Shown here in pieces: positions 38,172 through 51,989 of a stretch of DNA of 64,000 nucleotides. The notes beneath the pieces were generated by a model that saw only the letters and a list, made by a program, of their open reading frames with translations, was not told the origin of the DNA and made no database searches. How positions within the stretch are numbered: the stretch's first letter is position 1; every line of letters begins with the position of its first letter. Source of the stretch: Octopus sinensis (Eukaryota); contig NC_043008.1 of assembly GCF_006345805.1 (NCBI RefSeq), positions 59,086,001 through 59,150,000 of the forward strand, read 5' to 3'. Made by a program: the position numbers and the translations under genes.

Positions 38172-39084
38172 GATTATATATATAATAATTTATTATATAT
38201 ATATGATTATATAATAATATACATACTTATATATATGTATGATAATTTATATATATATATATATACGGCATTCTTTCAGTTTCTCTTACCAAATTCACTC
38301 ACAAAGCTTTAGTCTGCCTGGAGATATAGTAGAAGACACTCCCCGAATATACCATGCAGTTGGACTGAACCCGGAACCATGTGGTTGTGAACCGCACAGT
38401 GCGCTTATGCCTAATGTGTTTTCCTTAAGGTGGTGTGCCCAATATCGAGATGTGTATAATATTCACTCGATCGTTCAGATATAAATCGATACAATTGTGA
38501 TATTTATTCATTTATTCTTTAACCTTATAAACCTATTGTTAATATTTCTTGACCTTTCAAATTGTACACTTTTATGCGAAAACATTAAAATTGATAGCTT
38601 TCGACTTCGCCGAAAGATTATATACGTTTAAACAACATTATTGACATTTCAATAATTTATATATTGATAAGAACATTTATTTTTCATGTCAAACATATTC
38701 CTTAGAATTAAATAATTTAGAAAAACGAACAATAACAATAATAATCCTTTCGTTGCATATTGAAAATTTACGTGTTTATGTAAATAATCATGTTTTCTAC
38801 CAATAGATGTTTGTTACATTCATACATCTTTCTCTAACATACATTCTATTACTATTGTAAGGAACTGTCTTTATAATCAGAGTGACCCGCTGGTCTATTA
38901 TAAGTATAAACGTTGTTGAGAAACAGCTCTGCTGGCTTTGGCGAATAAAGAGAGCCCTTAGCACGAATGAGGCAATTTCTTGGATTATTTACTCTGATTC
39001 CTTGCGTTATGACTCCACATCACACTGAGACCAACATTATATTTTTTTCGATCAATTGCATTTAAATAAGGTACCAGTCTAGAA

Positions 39085-39300
39085 TGGTGAGGAGTCATGG
39101 CCTACTGGTTAGTTTGTTGCACTCACCATCGTGAGATCGTGGTTTCAATTCCAGGACCGAGTGGTACGTGGTTTTCTTGATCAAAATACTTCATCTCACG
39201 CTGTGATCATTTCAACGTCTCTGACATGTGGGACACCGTGCACCTGTTTAAGTGACGTCGATTTCATGGAGTGGGTGAACTAAGGTACAGCACATATAAC
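39085..39300 (+). mobile_element. Diverged SINE family D (also 54920-55092, minus strand)
   Basis: tRNA-like head with ggtttc(a/g)attcc B box followed by ttg(a/c)(t/g)caaaa(t/c)actt. Confidence 0.55.
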
Positions 39301-40300
39301 CAAATCATTTGTCCAGGCTGTTCAGTTAGAATAATGCAGAACCGCCATTCCGGATTACAGGAGTCTCTCATCATTTAGTCTACGGTGGTTAACTAGCAGA
39401 ATCATTAGAGCCATAGACAGGAATCCTCACGCTGTTTTTTCTGGCCCTTTCCAGTATAAGTTGAAGGTGCGTGCTTGAAATATAGACTTTATCATTGGCC
39501 CGATTTAACACTACCATCTGGTACCCCGCAAACTGCTAGTGGAGTCCAGTCTGTCGTAAGCATAATGACCATATCGCTGGTTTCATGATATCTTCCTCAC
39601 CGCATAAAGGATAATTAACATTGCAATTCCCTCTTGACTAATCGATAAAGTATCTTTGATTTTTGTAGGGATGATAATTTTTTCTCTTCTAGTAATCACT
39701 CAGGTATTGATTCGGGTCTTCTTCTTTTTAGTAATTACATTGATTACTATATTTCTATAACTTCACATAAAGTGCTTAAGTACTTTAAGCCGAAATGTGG
39801 AATTTTATCGATTAGAATAATTCTTCCAGATTATAAATGGACTAGCTTAAATAAAGACCTCATGAGTTATGCTATTGCGTGTTATTATGTTTCTATTTTA
39901 AGGTAACGAGCAACCAGGATCGTTAATACTTTGGAAAAAATATGGTGCTTTCATATTATCGACAGCCAAATTTTATTTTATCAAAGACTAGTAGAGGAAT
40001 TATTAGACTCAAGAGACGGTTGTAATAATTGGCCAAAGGACTTTCGGAATAGATATCACTACCCCATAGAAAAGGAAAAGAGCAAGTAATTGAATCAAAC
40101 ATCAATAGTTTGTTCGATGACCCTTTAGTAAATAATAAATTGGTTATCGATAAAAGGAAAGTATCAAAACTAATTTGTTGTATTACTTCCGCTTCATTAT
40201 GTTCTGAGTTCAAATCCGACCAAGGTCAGCTTTACCTTCAACCTGACCCGGGTCGATAAAATGCGTGACAAATCACCGTTTGCCGGGCGGTGGTGAAGAA

Positions 40301-40342
<42 letters not shown>

Positions 40343-40698
40343 CACACACATACAATCATGTATATATGTGCGTGAGTGCGTAAATGTGTAACGAAGATGT
40401 ACATTACGGCCGTAATGAAATAACACCTGCACATCTTTGTTATTCGTTTATATTTTATCCACCTACCCTGGAATCTGCACTTAAGAAAATTTTATAAAAA
40501 GTAGTTTTGCATTTTTATATAAAATAGATATCTGAGCAACCAAGAGCGGATCTCTTCACTAAGTTGGGTTGTGTTATCTGCATACACTGCAAGAATATCA
40601 AGTGCAAACTCTTCAGCACAGAATTTGATATTCACCTGATATTGTTTGGATGTGCAAATTAGATCGATCTAACAAGGTGCCTCAATTTTACTTATATG

Positions 40699-40734
<36 letters not shown>

Positions 40735-40736
<2 letters not shown>

Positions 40737-40925
40737 TGTGTACCGTTGCCGATTTTTATTTCCTCTGTCTTCCTTCTCGGGATCTTTCCTTCTCCTATGT
40801 TTCCGACGAAGAGCTCCGCTCGAATCGCTAAACCCTCCTTCTTCCCTTCTTTCCTGAGCGTCCAATAATACTATATTTGTTCCACGTCCTCGCGTTGTTG
40901 TGTTTTTTTGTGTTTTCTTGTTTGG
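40735..40925 (+). mobile_element. PLE pseudo-LTR-like repeat with degenerate hammerhead motif
   Basis: GUUU-CCGACGA-A-GAGC-ucc-GCUC-GAAU-CGC-U-AAAC at 40799-40833; related to 7130-7260 on the minus strand. Confidence 0.5.
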
Positions 40926-40944
40926 ATTAACTATATATATATAT

Positions 40945-41166
40945 ATACGACAGGATTCTTTCAGTTTCTTTTATCAAATTCACTCGCAAGGCTTTATCGG
41001 CCCGGAGATATAGTAAAAGAGACTTCCCGAATAATTCACGTAGTTAGAATCTTGCTTCCCACCCACATGATTCCGAGATCAGTTCCACTGCGTGGCACCT
41101 TCACCAAGTGTCTTCTACTGAACCTTGTGAGTGGATTTGGTAGCCGAAACCGAAAGAAGTCCGTCG

Positions 41167-41222
<56 letters not shown>

Positions 41223-41535
41223 CGTGTGTGTATATATGTATGTATGTACGTATGTATGTATATATGTATGTGTGTATATATGTATGTGTGTATATATGTA
41301 TGTGTGTATATATGTATGTAAATGTGTATGTGTTTGTGTCTGTGTTTGTCTCCTCGTCACCAGTTGACAACTGGTGTTGCTGTGTTTACATACCCGTAAC
41401 TTAACGATTCGGCAAAATACCGATAGAATAAGTACTAGGCTTTAAAAAATAAGTACTGGGATAGATTTGTTCGGCTAAATTTCAAGGCAGTGCTCCAGTA
41501 TGGCTGCTGTTAAATGACTGAAACAAGTAAAAGAA
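40945..41535. mobile_element. Two SINE A copies in opposite orientation
   Basis: Minus-strand degraded copy followed by a plus-strand copy with tail. Confidence 0.7.
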
Positions 41536-42477
41536 TATCAGAATGTATAAAGGGAGTGTGGAGCACAATGAGGTGCTTTTACTGTAATTTAGACTTTAAG
41601 AGGAAATATAATTTTTACAAATATTAACATTACAAAAACTATATCAGCTGAGAAAATGATCTTCTTGAAATGCATTAAAAACATTATAACATAATCTGAA
41701 CACTATTTCAGAAAATTATTACCATTTTCTTTGAGCATATAAAAGACAAATTTAGCTGAGTCAAATGGAGTAAGCCACAAAGTAGATTTTACTCTTCATA
41801 TCTCCAAAATTACATTTAAAAACAGACTCGTACACATCAATATACATCCTTAGTATCAGAAAAATATGAAATGCAACAAAAATTTTAATTATCTAGATCA
41901 AATGAAAGAGGATCATGGGAAAATGACATGATATGAAATTCATGAAGATAGATTAAAACAAATGAAAATCAACGTAAAAGCATAGCTACTGCACGATCTC
42001 TACACGATCTACTGGGGTGGCTCCCTTCCTAATATATTTACACAGCATGTCCTTAAATTGAAAATATTATTGAAATTAGTCATGACTCGTTTTAACCCAT
42101 CTAAGACATGTTTTGAAAACTGAAAATTATCAAATTAGACATTTGTGTGGGAAAATATTTACTTGGAATCCATCAGAGAAGAGAATATTGATTGTTAAAC
42201 ACCGAAAATTATCCAGATATTTTATGAGCAACCTCAATTACATTCGAGTCAAAGTTGAGAAAAAAATTTGTTGAGAAAAAAAGCATCTGACTATGGTCCA
42301 ACCCCACAACTTCAATAATATCAACAACAACTATGCTGACCAATATTTGCTCCTTAAATATGATGCAAAAGTACAAAATAATGGTGCAATACATGCAATG
42401 TAATGATTTCAAACAGGCAGGGAAAAAATGGGAAAAAATATCCAGAAATCAGCAGAGGTTACGCATTTCGTCCCTCA

Positions 42478-42510
<33 letters not shown>

Positions 42511-42809
42511 CATACATACATATATATATAAGTATAAAAAGGAATCTTTACGATTTAACTAAAAAAATTCCATATGCAGCTGAAGATTGCTCTACATTTT
42601 AAAACTGATGTAATACTTGCATTGTTTAATTAAATGAAGTCGCATGAAACGATTGTACTACACTACCTTTGGATATCCTTGTTGCTTATTTTGATTATAA
42701 TCACCCCATTTTGATTTATATGGATAATACCATACCAAATTCTGGTGCCTTTAACTTAAGTACCATATTCAACTTAATCTAAATTTTTACTGAACTTATA
42801 TATATACAT

Positions 42810-42840
<31 letters not shown>

Positions 42841-42842
42841 CA

Positions 42843-43252
42843 TGGCGCGGGAGTGGCTGTCTGGTAAGTAGCTTGCTTAGCAACCACATGGTTCCGGGTT
42901 CATTCCCACTGCGTGGCACCTTGGGCAAGTGTCTTCTACTATAGCCTCGGGCCGACCAAAGCCTTGTGAGTGGATTTGGTTGACGGAAACTGGAGGAAGC
43001 CCGTCGTATATATGTAAATATATGTATATGCGTATATGTTTGTGTGTCTGTGTTTGTCCCCCCCCCACCATTGCTTGACAACCGATGGTGGTGTGTTTAC
43101 GTCCCCGTAACTTAGCGGTTCAGCAAAATAGACTGATAGAATAAGTACTAGGCTTACAAAGAATAAGTCCTGGCGTCGATTTACTCGACTAAAGGCGGTG
43201 CTCCAGCATGGCCGCAGTCAAATGACTGAAACAAGTAAAAGAGTAAAAGAGT
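42843..43252 (+). mobile_element. SINE family A, full length
   Basis: Matches the 2342 and 23788 copies. Confidence 0.85.
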
Positions 43253-43448
43253 ATATATGGGTGGGTGCGAAGGATTCTTTTAGTTTCCGTCTATCAAATC
43301 CATTCAGAAGGCAGAAACCCATGGTACAGGACACTTGCCCATGCTGCCACGCGATGAAACTATGGTACTAAACCCGGAACCATACGGTCGGGAAGCAAAT
43401 TTCTTGCTACACCTACACATGTGTCTCACTACCGCACAGCCAGCCATA

Positions 43449-43493
<45 letters not shown>

Positions 43494-44578
43494 TCGTGAT
43501 TGTGGACATCTCGTACCTTTTGATAATTTGTGTATCTTTGTTTACTTCCTGTAAAACTAGCCGTTCGATAAGACAGGTCAATAGAATAAATACCAGACAT
43601 AAAATTATTACGATCGATTTGGTCGTAATTTAGTGACTTAAACAAATCGAAGATGAAAGATAAAAGAAGATATCTCTCTCCGGCAAGATGAAATATTCAA
43701 TTATTGTTGCTGTATTTCCTTTTGTGATATTTCTTTTATAGAGCTTTGTATACGATATTTATTCTCTCAAGTACATGATTCTACCGCAAGAAGCAAGTTT
43801 TTACCAGAAATTGTTGTTTTATTCTATTTTTTTTCCACACAAAATAGCTTCCGGTTTGTTAATAAAGTATTAGTTTTAATATTCGTTTTATTTTATGTTG
43901 TTGGCTTTTTTCTATTTCAAATTAAATTTCTCCTATTATTTTGTTTTTTCTGAATAATGGTGTTTCTTTTCTTTCATTCTCAATTTTCTACTGTTTACTC
44001 TCTTTCTATTGTCTGTAAGGTTGAGGTCACTTACTCTAAAAGGATTGACCTCCACTTCTATGAAGAGCGCCATTAATTATATTCTGCGGTGTTTTTGCGC
44101 ACGCATGTGTGGTGTGTTGTGTCGTGCATTTATTTCTTTATGCTGTCGATATCGGAGTTTACTGCCATGGAAATTAAATCTTAAATGACCAAAACGTAAA
44201 CAGGAGACCTAAAACGAATACAAGCAACAGAATATGTTCCACTAAAGGCAGCTGAGAACCCTATTTTAGTGCTAAACCGGACCATGGGTTAAGCCTATCT
44301 CACGAGTAGGGCCATATGCCGATTTGGATGCAAGCAACAGGACGAAAAAGACCACACACACACACAAAGCTTTGTGATATTTATGCCAACACTTTAAGAG
44401 AAACTCTTTTGTATTTGGAGCAAAGTAAGGTTTGCTTTCTTTCCAGTTCTTTTTATCATTACCCCAGGAATTTCTTGAACAGAGAATAAGAGGAGGGAAA
44501 TCCATCTTAAAATATGTCGACTGTGCAACTTCTCTCAGCAGTCTATGTGGCCGAGTGGTATACACCTTAGTGTATAAA

Positions 44579-44810
44579 AGGCGGCGAGCTGGCAGAAACG
44601 TTAGCACGCCGGACGAAATGCTTAGCGGTACTTCGTCTGCGTTACGTTGTGAGTTCAAATTCCGCCGAGGTCGACTTTGCCTTTCATCCTTTCGGGGTCG
44701 ATAAATTAAGTACCAGTTACGCACTGGGGTCGATGTAATCGACTTAATACCTATGTCTGTCCTTGTTTGTCCCCTCTGTGTTTAGCCCCTTGTGGGTAAT
44801 AAAAGAAATA
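44579..44810 (+). mobile_element. SINE family B with 15-bp TSD
   Basis: Flanks ggtatac(a/g)ccttagt. Confidence 0.85.
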
Positions 44811-45589
44811 GGTATACGCCTTAGTTCTAGTTTCTTAGCTCAAGTAGCATTTCGGTAACAGCAGGAGGACTCCTAAGACTCATGACTTACTTGGGATCCG
44901 TTCCCTAGGAACGTCAGAAACCGAAACACTTGCTTAACAGGAGTCCTTCATTTGAGGATTTGTCCCGCTGTCCTCTCACGTTATTACGAGTTTCCACTTT
45001 CTATGATCTTTAAAACATTTTGAATTGATTTTCCTTTTGTTAACTGATACAAAATTGTTTATCAGACACAATGTCTTGGACTAAATCATCCTACGTGTCC
45101 TTCTATTTCAAAGGCGCTAGAGTGGTATATTAAGAAGTCATAGCACAGATTCTATCGGATTGAGTAATCAAACAGAATGATATTTTTTTCGCCTGTATAT
45201 TATAACATCTCTCTTATTTAGTATATATTTCTTTACTGCCCACAAGGGGCTAAACATAGAGGGGACAAACAAGGACAGACAAAGGGATTAAGTCGATTAC
45301 ATCGACCCCAATGCGAAACTGGTACTTAATTTATCGACCCCGAAAGGATGAAAGGCAAAGTATTTAGTATAGACACTAGAACAACATCTGCTTGGCCATT
45401 AGCTTTGCATATTATCACGTTGCATATTAGGCTTTTAATACAGAAGCACCACTATAAACCTATTTTATATTTAGGGGCTTTTTTCTCATAAGGATTAGTT
45501 GAGTTATGTTTTGCATGTCTCTTGCTTGACGTTCTCAGTTCAAATCCTACATAAGTCAAATTTATTATTCAAGAGACGTAAGTATAAAT

Positions 45590-46178
45590 AATCGTTGGTA
45601 CTGAGTCCGACTGTTTGTATAATACTTCGTTTCGTGCAAAACTCTCTCTCTCTATCTCTCTATCTCAATATCTATCTATCTAGTTGTCTGTCTGTATGTT
45701 TGTTTATCTATCTATCTGTGTGTCTGTCTCTCTGTCTATCCATCCACCCGTCATCTATCTATCTATCTATCAATTTATCTATCTACCTATCTGTCTGTCT
45801 GTCTGTCTGTCTGTGTGTGTGCGTGTGTATGTATATATATATGTACAAATATATATACGCGTGTATATATAAATATATATTGCTGTGTCTATATATTTAC
45901 ATATATATATATCCATATATGTACTATAATGTACTATATATTCATATATGCAAATATAAACATGCATATGCGCATGTACGCGAGCATGCGTCTGAGTATG
46001 TGTATACATGCATATACATAGACAAAGCGTGAAATTTGGGGTCAACCTCGGTGAAATTTGAAATCAGAATGTAACGACGGGAGAAGTACCGCTAAACCTT
46101 TCACCCAGTCTGTTAACGATTCTGCCTGCTCGCATGTATATATATATATGTATGTATGTGTATATATATATATATATC

Positions 46179-46216
<38 letters not shown>

Positions 46217-46235
46217 ATTATATATATATATATAT

Positions 46236-46324
<89 letters not shown>

Positions 46325-46339
46325 ATATATATATATTAT

Positions 46340-46399
<60 letters not shown>

Positions 46400-46600
46400 G
46401 TGGATAGAGAGAGAGAGAGATATGTATGTATTATGTATATATATATATTATATATATATATATATACACCAACAATGATAATAATAGAAACTCAAAAAAG
46501 ATACATGAACACTATGTATGTATGTGTGTGCTTGTGTGAGTGTGTGCATGTGTGTGTGAGTCTGTCTATATATACATATACACATGTATAGTGAGTGTGT
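45590..46600. repeat. Compound (TCTA)n/(TCTG)n/(AT)n/(GATA)n microsatellites
   Basis: Direct inspection. Confidence 0.9.
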
Positions 46601-47170
46601 ATATATTCATCTGCGTGGGCTTTGTTCTGTATTAATTATAATAATGGTTGCGTACCAAAAAGAAGCATTGTATATTTGTTTATATAATTCAATTAGATTT
46701 TAACTGCTGTAGGGTCCAAGGTTTCGAATGGAATATATATCTAGCATTCTAATAATGTAATATTTTCTTTAGAACTGAGATCTTTTACTAAAATCTCTGT
46801 ATCTCTTCCACTTCCTCCTCTCTCTCTCTTGCTTTCATTTCTCTATATAGTTACATAAAAGTATGTGTGTCTTCCTATGCAAATATATATATATACGTAC
46901 ACACATGTGTCTATGTATATATATATATATATTTCATATATGTGCAAATGAAAATTACAAGCAGGAACAAATAACAAAATTCATTTACACAATGAAGGCA
47001 TTAGATTGACATATATATATCATCTATGTGGATTTATATAATCAAATAAATACACCTAGAATTAAAAAATTTTTTTTAAATATTAATTTCACATGCTATC
47101 CATAAGTTGTGCTCTACAGCTGTTTCATAACGTTCTTGCACTAATCTAATGTGCGCGTGTGTGTGTGTGT

Positions 47171-47804
47171 GGTTCTAGGTAATTTGACTCCTGGTAATTT
47201 TACTACCGGTATTGTCACTCCGGTAATTTGACCCCCGTTAATTTACCTGCTAGTAAATTTCACTCTTGGTTATTTCACTTCTAATATTAGGAAAAAAATA
47301 AATAAAACGTTTAAATTCATTATTATCATATGTTTGACTCTTGCTTTGTATGTGTACAAGTTGACTCCAAGTCTCACCCAGAGACCTCGAGAGACAACAA
47401 GTTAGAAGTTCATGTTGGTGTTTATGCCTAGGGTGTCATATATTTGGTTTTGCGCATAGTATTGTTCTAGAGAATGTTTAAGAAAGTATAAGAAAATTAT
47501 GGTTTGGGTCAGGTTCGGTTTTATTCCTGATATGATTTATGTGGGTAGCGGGTTGCAACCGATAACCTTATGTATCCACGAGTTTGCAGCTGACTTTCAA
47601 TATTATTATTATTATTGAGTGAGAGAGCAGTTCATGCCATCAAAGTGATACTGGGGTAAAATATACGAAGCCCAATATACCCATCATGACTACCCATCTG
47701 ATAAGGGTACACCAGGCACATGCAACACAACCATATGTGCGCGACATGGTGATCTCATATCAAGATAAACAGCACATGACCTTGCAGGTGGGGCCCAGTT
47801 AGAA

Positions 47805-47873
<69 letters not shown>

Positions 47874-48022
47874 CATTATTATTAATATCATTATTATTAA
47901 TATCATTTGTTACTATAATAATAATTATTATTATTGTTGTTCTTCTTCTTCTTGATGATGATGATGATGATGACGATGATGATGATGATGATGATGATAA
48001 CGATGATGATGACGATGATGAC

Positions 48023-48072
<50 letters not shown>

Positions 48073-48572
48073 GCAGAGTAATTTAGTTAACTGAAAGTAT
48101 CATTTTAGTCATCCATTCGGGTGGTGTTTTATTGCTTACCCGCGCTCCATCCCTGCAGCATTCGTTGATAGTTGGAATGTCCGCTTTAGAACAGAATCTA
48201 ATATGCCACGCACTAATAACCATTTAGAGGAATATCACAACGCACTACAAACTTCTTTACCTTGCATACATCCCCGAATCTAAGGAAATTAATTACTGCA
48301 TTGGAAAGGAAGAACTCTTAATACAACTCATAAAGGTTGAATTTGATCGAGGTGAGATCTTTCGAGACCCCTCACCAAAAAAAGGAGATAATTATTGAGC
48401 GGTATAGTCCCGAATATAACGTGGATTTTATTACGAGCAATAGCTCATAATGTTCAGCATTATCGAGACTTTTAGTAGTATTTTTTATGTTTTACTGTAT
48501 TTTTTTTATTCAATGTTTCATTTTTCTCTAATAGCGGGAGTGAAATTACCGGAAGTAAAATTACCGGCTACC
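47171..48572 (+). mobile_element. Deleted Mutator-like (MULE) element with inverted arrays of ~15-bp subterminal repeats and nested insertions
   Basis: ggtaattttact-type arrays inverted at the two ends; internal [42 protein letters not shown] (48100-48470) matches a MULE transposase C-terminus. Confidence 0.75.
47310..47560 (-). mobile_element. Probable R4/Dong-type LINE 3' UTR fragment
   Basis: tctcgaggtctctgggtgagacttggagtcaac..ataataat-type end; assignment by recall of similar ends only. Confidence 0.4.
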
Positions 48573-48607
48573 ATATATATATATGTATGTATGCATGTGT
48601 ATATATA

Positions 48608-48676
<69 letters not shown>

Positions 48677-48749
48677 ATATATATACTGTACATATATACA
48701 GTATAAATATATACTGTATGTATACATATATATATATATACATATATAC

Positions 48750-48780
<31 letters not shown>

Positions 48781-48781
48781 G

Positions 48782-48818
<37 letters not shown>

Positions 48819-48835
48819 CATACATACATACATAC

Positions 48836-48867
<32 letters not shown>

Positions 48868-48897
48868 GTATATATGTATATATATATATAGTATATG

Positions 48898-48945
<48 letters not shown>

Positions 48946-49418
48946 TATATATATATGTATGTATCTATGTATGTATGTATGCCTATATCTATATCTCTGT
49001 CGATCTGTATGTCTATCTATACGCACACATTAGTATGTATTTTTATATAAGCGTACATATGTTTGTGTATAAAGGCATCAATAAATATTGCACACGTATA
49101 TACGCACATAAATTTGGCGGGGGATGGGGTGGATGCACCCCCTGTGTGTGACTGAGATTGATTAACTTTGTGGTCACTCAGCGTTTCATAACTGTTCCCT
49201 CTGTCTTTGAACGAATGAAAATTTAATAACGACGGTGGATTGAATTATTTCTGAATCTCCGCTTTCATTGGTTTATGGAAGTCGGTTGGGTAATGTCCGT
49301 GTCTTTATGGACGTTGGCTGAATTTAAGTAGAATTTAAAAGTCAAGTGCTGTGTGTTTTCTGTTACACTTTGTATTCCAACACTCACTCATGCGACGAAA
49401 TCGACGCGAGTAACCATC

Positions 49419-49467
<49 letters not shown>

Positions 49468-49477
49468 CATTATTATT

Positions 49478-49855
49478 ATTACCTCTGCTTTAGCGAAGGC
49501 GGAGGTATTGTTTTCAGTCGCGTTTGTTTGTTTGTTTGCTTGTTTATTTTTTTCTGTGGACAAGATATCTCAAGAACCGTTGAATGGGTTCCTATGAAAC
49601 TTTCAGAGATGTTTGACCTCATGACTGGCGCGAAGTGATTAAACTTTGGCATCGATCCGATACCGAACAAGGCTTCTTGATTATTTTTCCGTTTTTTTTT
49701 TACTTAATTTTTGAGAGCGCTGGGGTTCATCTTTAGTATTCTCGTTTGTGAAAGTTATTTATTTCAGATATTCTCATTTTAAAATCATCTCTGGCTAATC
49801 GTTGAGGGGACGTTGGTGTTGCCTTGGCGGAGGTTTGCTCTCTCTCTGAGTGCTC

Positions 49856-49860
<5 letters not shown>
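49478..49860 (+). mobile_element. Helentron-associated non-autonomous element (HINE/DINE-like)
   Basis: 5' subTIR attacctctgc with nearby inverted ggcggaggta, (GTTT)n, 3' ggcggaggt plus short hairpin; embedded in (TTA)n. Confidence 0.7.
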
Positions 49861-49928
<68 letters not shown>

Positions 49929-50554
49929 AATTCCGCCGATGTAGACCTTTTTGCCTTTCATCCTTTCGGGTTCGATTAAATAAGTACCGGTTATACACTG
50001 GTGTCGATGTAATCGACTTAAATCCCCCAAATTTCAGTCATTGTGTCTTTAGTAAAAAGGAGTATTATTGAGTGGGAGAGCAGTGCATACCATCAGAGTG
50101 ACACTGGGGTACGAAGCCCAGTATACCATCATGACTACCCGCCTGATAAGGGTACACCAGGCACATGCATCACAACAATATGTGCGCGATTTGGTGATAT
50201 CATATCAATATAAACAGCGCAGAATCTTGCAGGCGAGTTATTTAAGCATGTTGAACGAAACACCCATGTTTCCAAAGGTGACTTGTCCAAACCCCACAGA
50301 ATTCCTCTCAACACATGGCTATGATGCTCCCCAACTACTTCTGCTTGTGATCAGAGATGCACATATCGTCAGCCACTAAGGGACATGCTCAACAAATCAA
50401 GGTCAAACAACTGACAAGCAACTCTGTGATACTGAGCAGACTATTGCTGTAGTCCAATTTTTATACCAAGACAATACAATGTACATAATAACACTTCCAA
50501 TCAGTTAAGATAAGAAGCCATGAGACCCACTGCCTGGTACTGCTTCAGAGCATT

Positions 50555-50635
50555 TATTATTATTATTATTATTAATAATATTATTATTATTATTATTAGT
50601 AGTAGTAGTAGTAGTAGTATTATTAGTATTATTAA

Positions 50636-50673
<38 letters not shown>

Positions 50674-50785
50674 TATTATTATTATTATTACTTTTTTTTT
50701 TCTTCTTTCAAATTTTCTTCCATTTCTTGCCGAGTGTCTTCCCGACTCCTAGGGCAATTATTATTATTATTATTATTATCATTAT

Positions 50786-50882
<97 letters not shown>

Positions 50883-50920
50883 GATATTATTATTATTATT
50901 ATTATTATTACTATTATTAC

Positions 50921-50960
<40 letters not shown>

Positions 50961-51000
50961 TCTTATTATTTCTTCTTATTATTATTGTCTACAGTATTAA
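50555..51000. repeat. (TAT)n arrays interrupted by a short retroelement 3' end
   Basis: Direct inspection. Confidence 0.9.
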
Positions 51001-51914
51001 TTATCGTAATTCTATGAAGATGTGTATTGAAGACCCGTAAGTTTTCAAATAGTCTGTGTAGATTATTTTTTTCCAAGTAAGTTTGTAATGTGTTATTGTG
51101 TTTATGATAAAGTTTGTCCGGGTCTAAAAAGTGTCGACAGTTCTCCATATTTCCGGAAGAAATAGACATCTTATAAATGGAAAGTATAAATATTTTTCAA
51201 CGTCACCGGCTTTTGCAAGTTGATAGATTTTTCTGGATATATTAACAATTTTGTTGAGAGTGGAATGGTATTTGGTGGGTGGGTGGGTGTGGCATCCATA
51301 AAAGGTGGTAGTGTCGCCGTGAAATCAGTTCCTGTGTCTGTCGGCGGCTTTAGTAATAGGAGAAAAAAAATAATATTTTCATCGACGTAAACATGTGTTT
51401 CGCTGAGGAAAATGTCAAACTAATATCTAATAAAGATACTGGTAACAACAACGATATCGGCAATGCAAAGATGAAAAAGAGCAGTGATGCTGGATAAAAA
51501 CATCAACATCAACAACAACAACAACAACAATGCCAGGAGCATCAATATTATGAAGTGATTTAACGCAATATAGTGTTCACGGAAACAAGAACAACACCAA
51601 CAAACATCTAGGTAGTCTCTTGACTAAAATAAATAGAAGTTATATATCGCACATATTCCCCACCGTCTATAAACCGGGAAATCCCATTGTGTATAATATG
51701 AGAGTACAGCATGCCTTGTAAAAGCCAGCATGGTCATGGCTGGAATTTCAGCGGGGTCGGTCACGGCTGAATTAGACTAAGAGACATTAGGGCGTACGCT
51801 CTACGCGTTAAATCGACCCACACTTTTTATTATTCATTGGTACTGCACATTGTGTGAATACAATAAAAACATGCACCCTCCCATTCACCCACTCACACAC
51901 ACACATACAAACAT

Positions 51915-51989
<75 letters not shown>

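Noticed and set aside
39956-40100. Possible internal exon downstream of the 37.3-kb ORF
   Set aside because: Weak splice signals and no recognisable peptide
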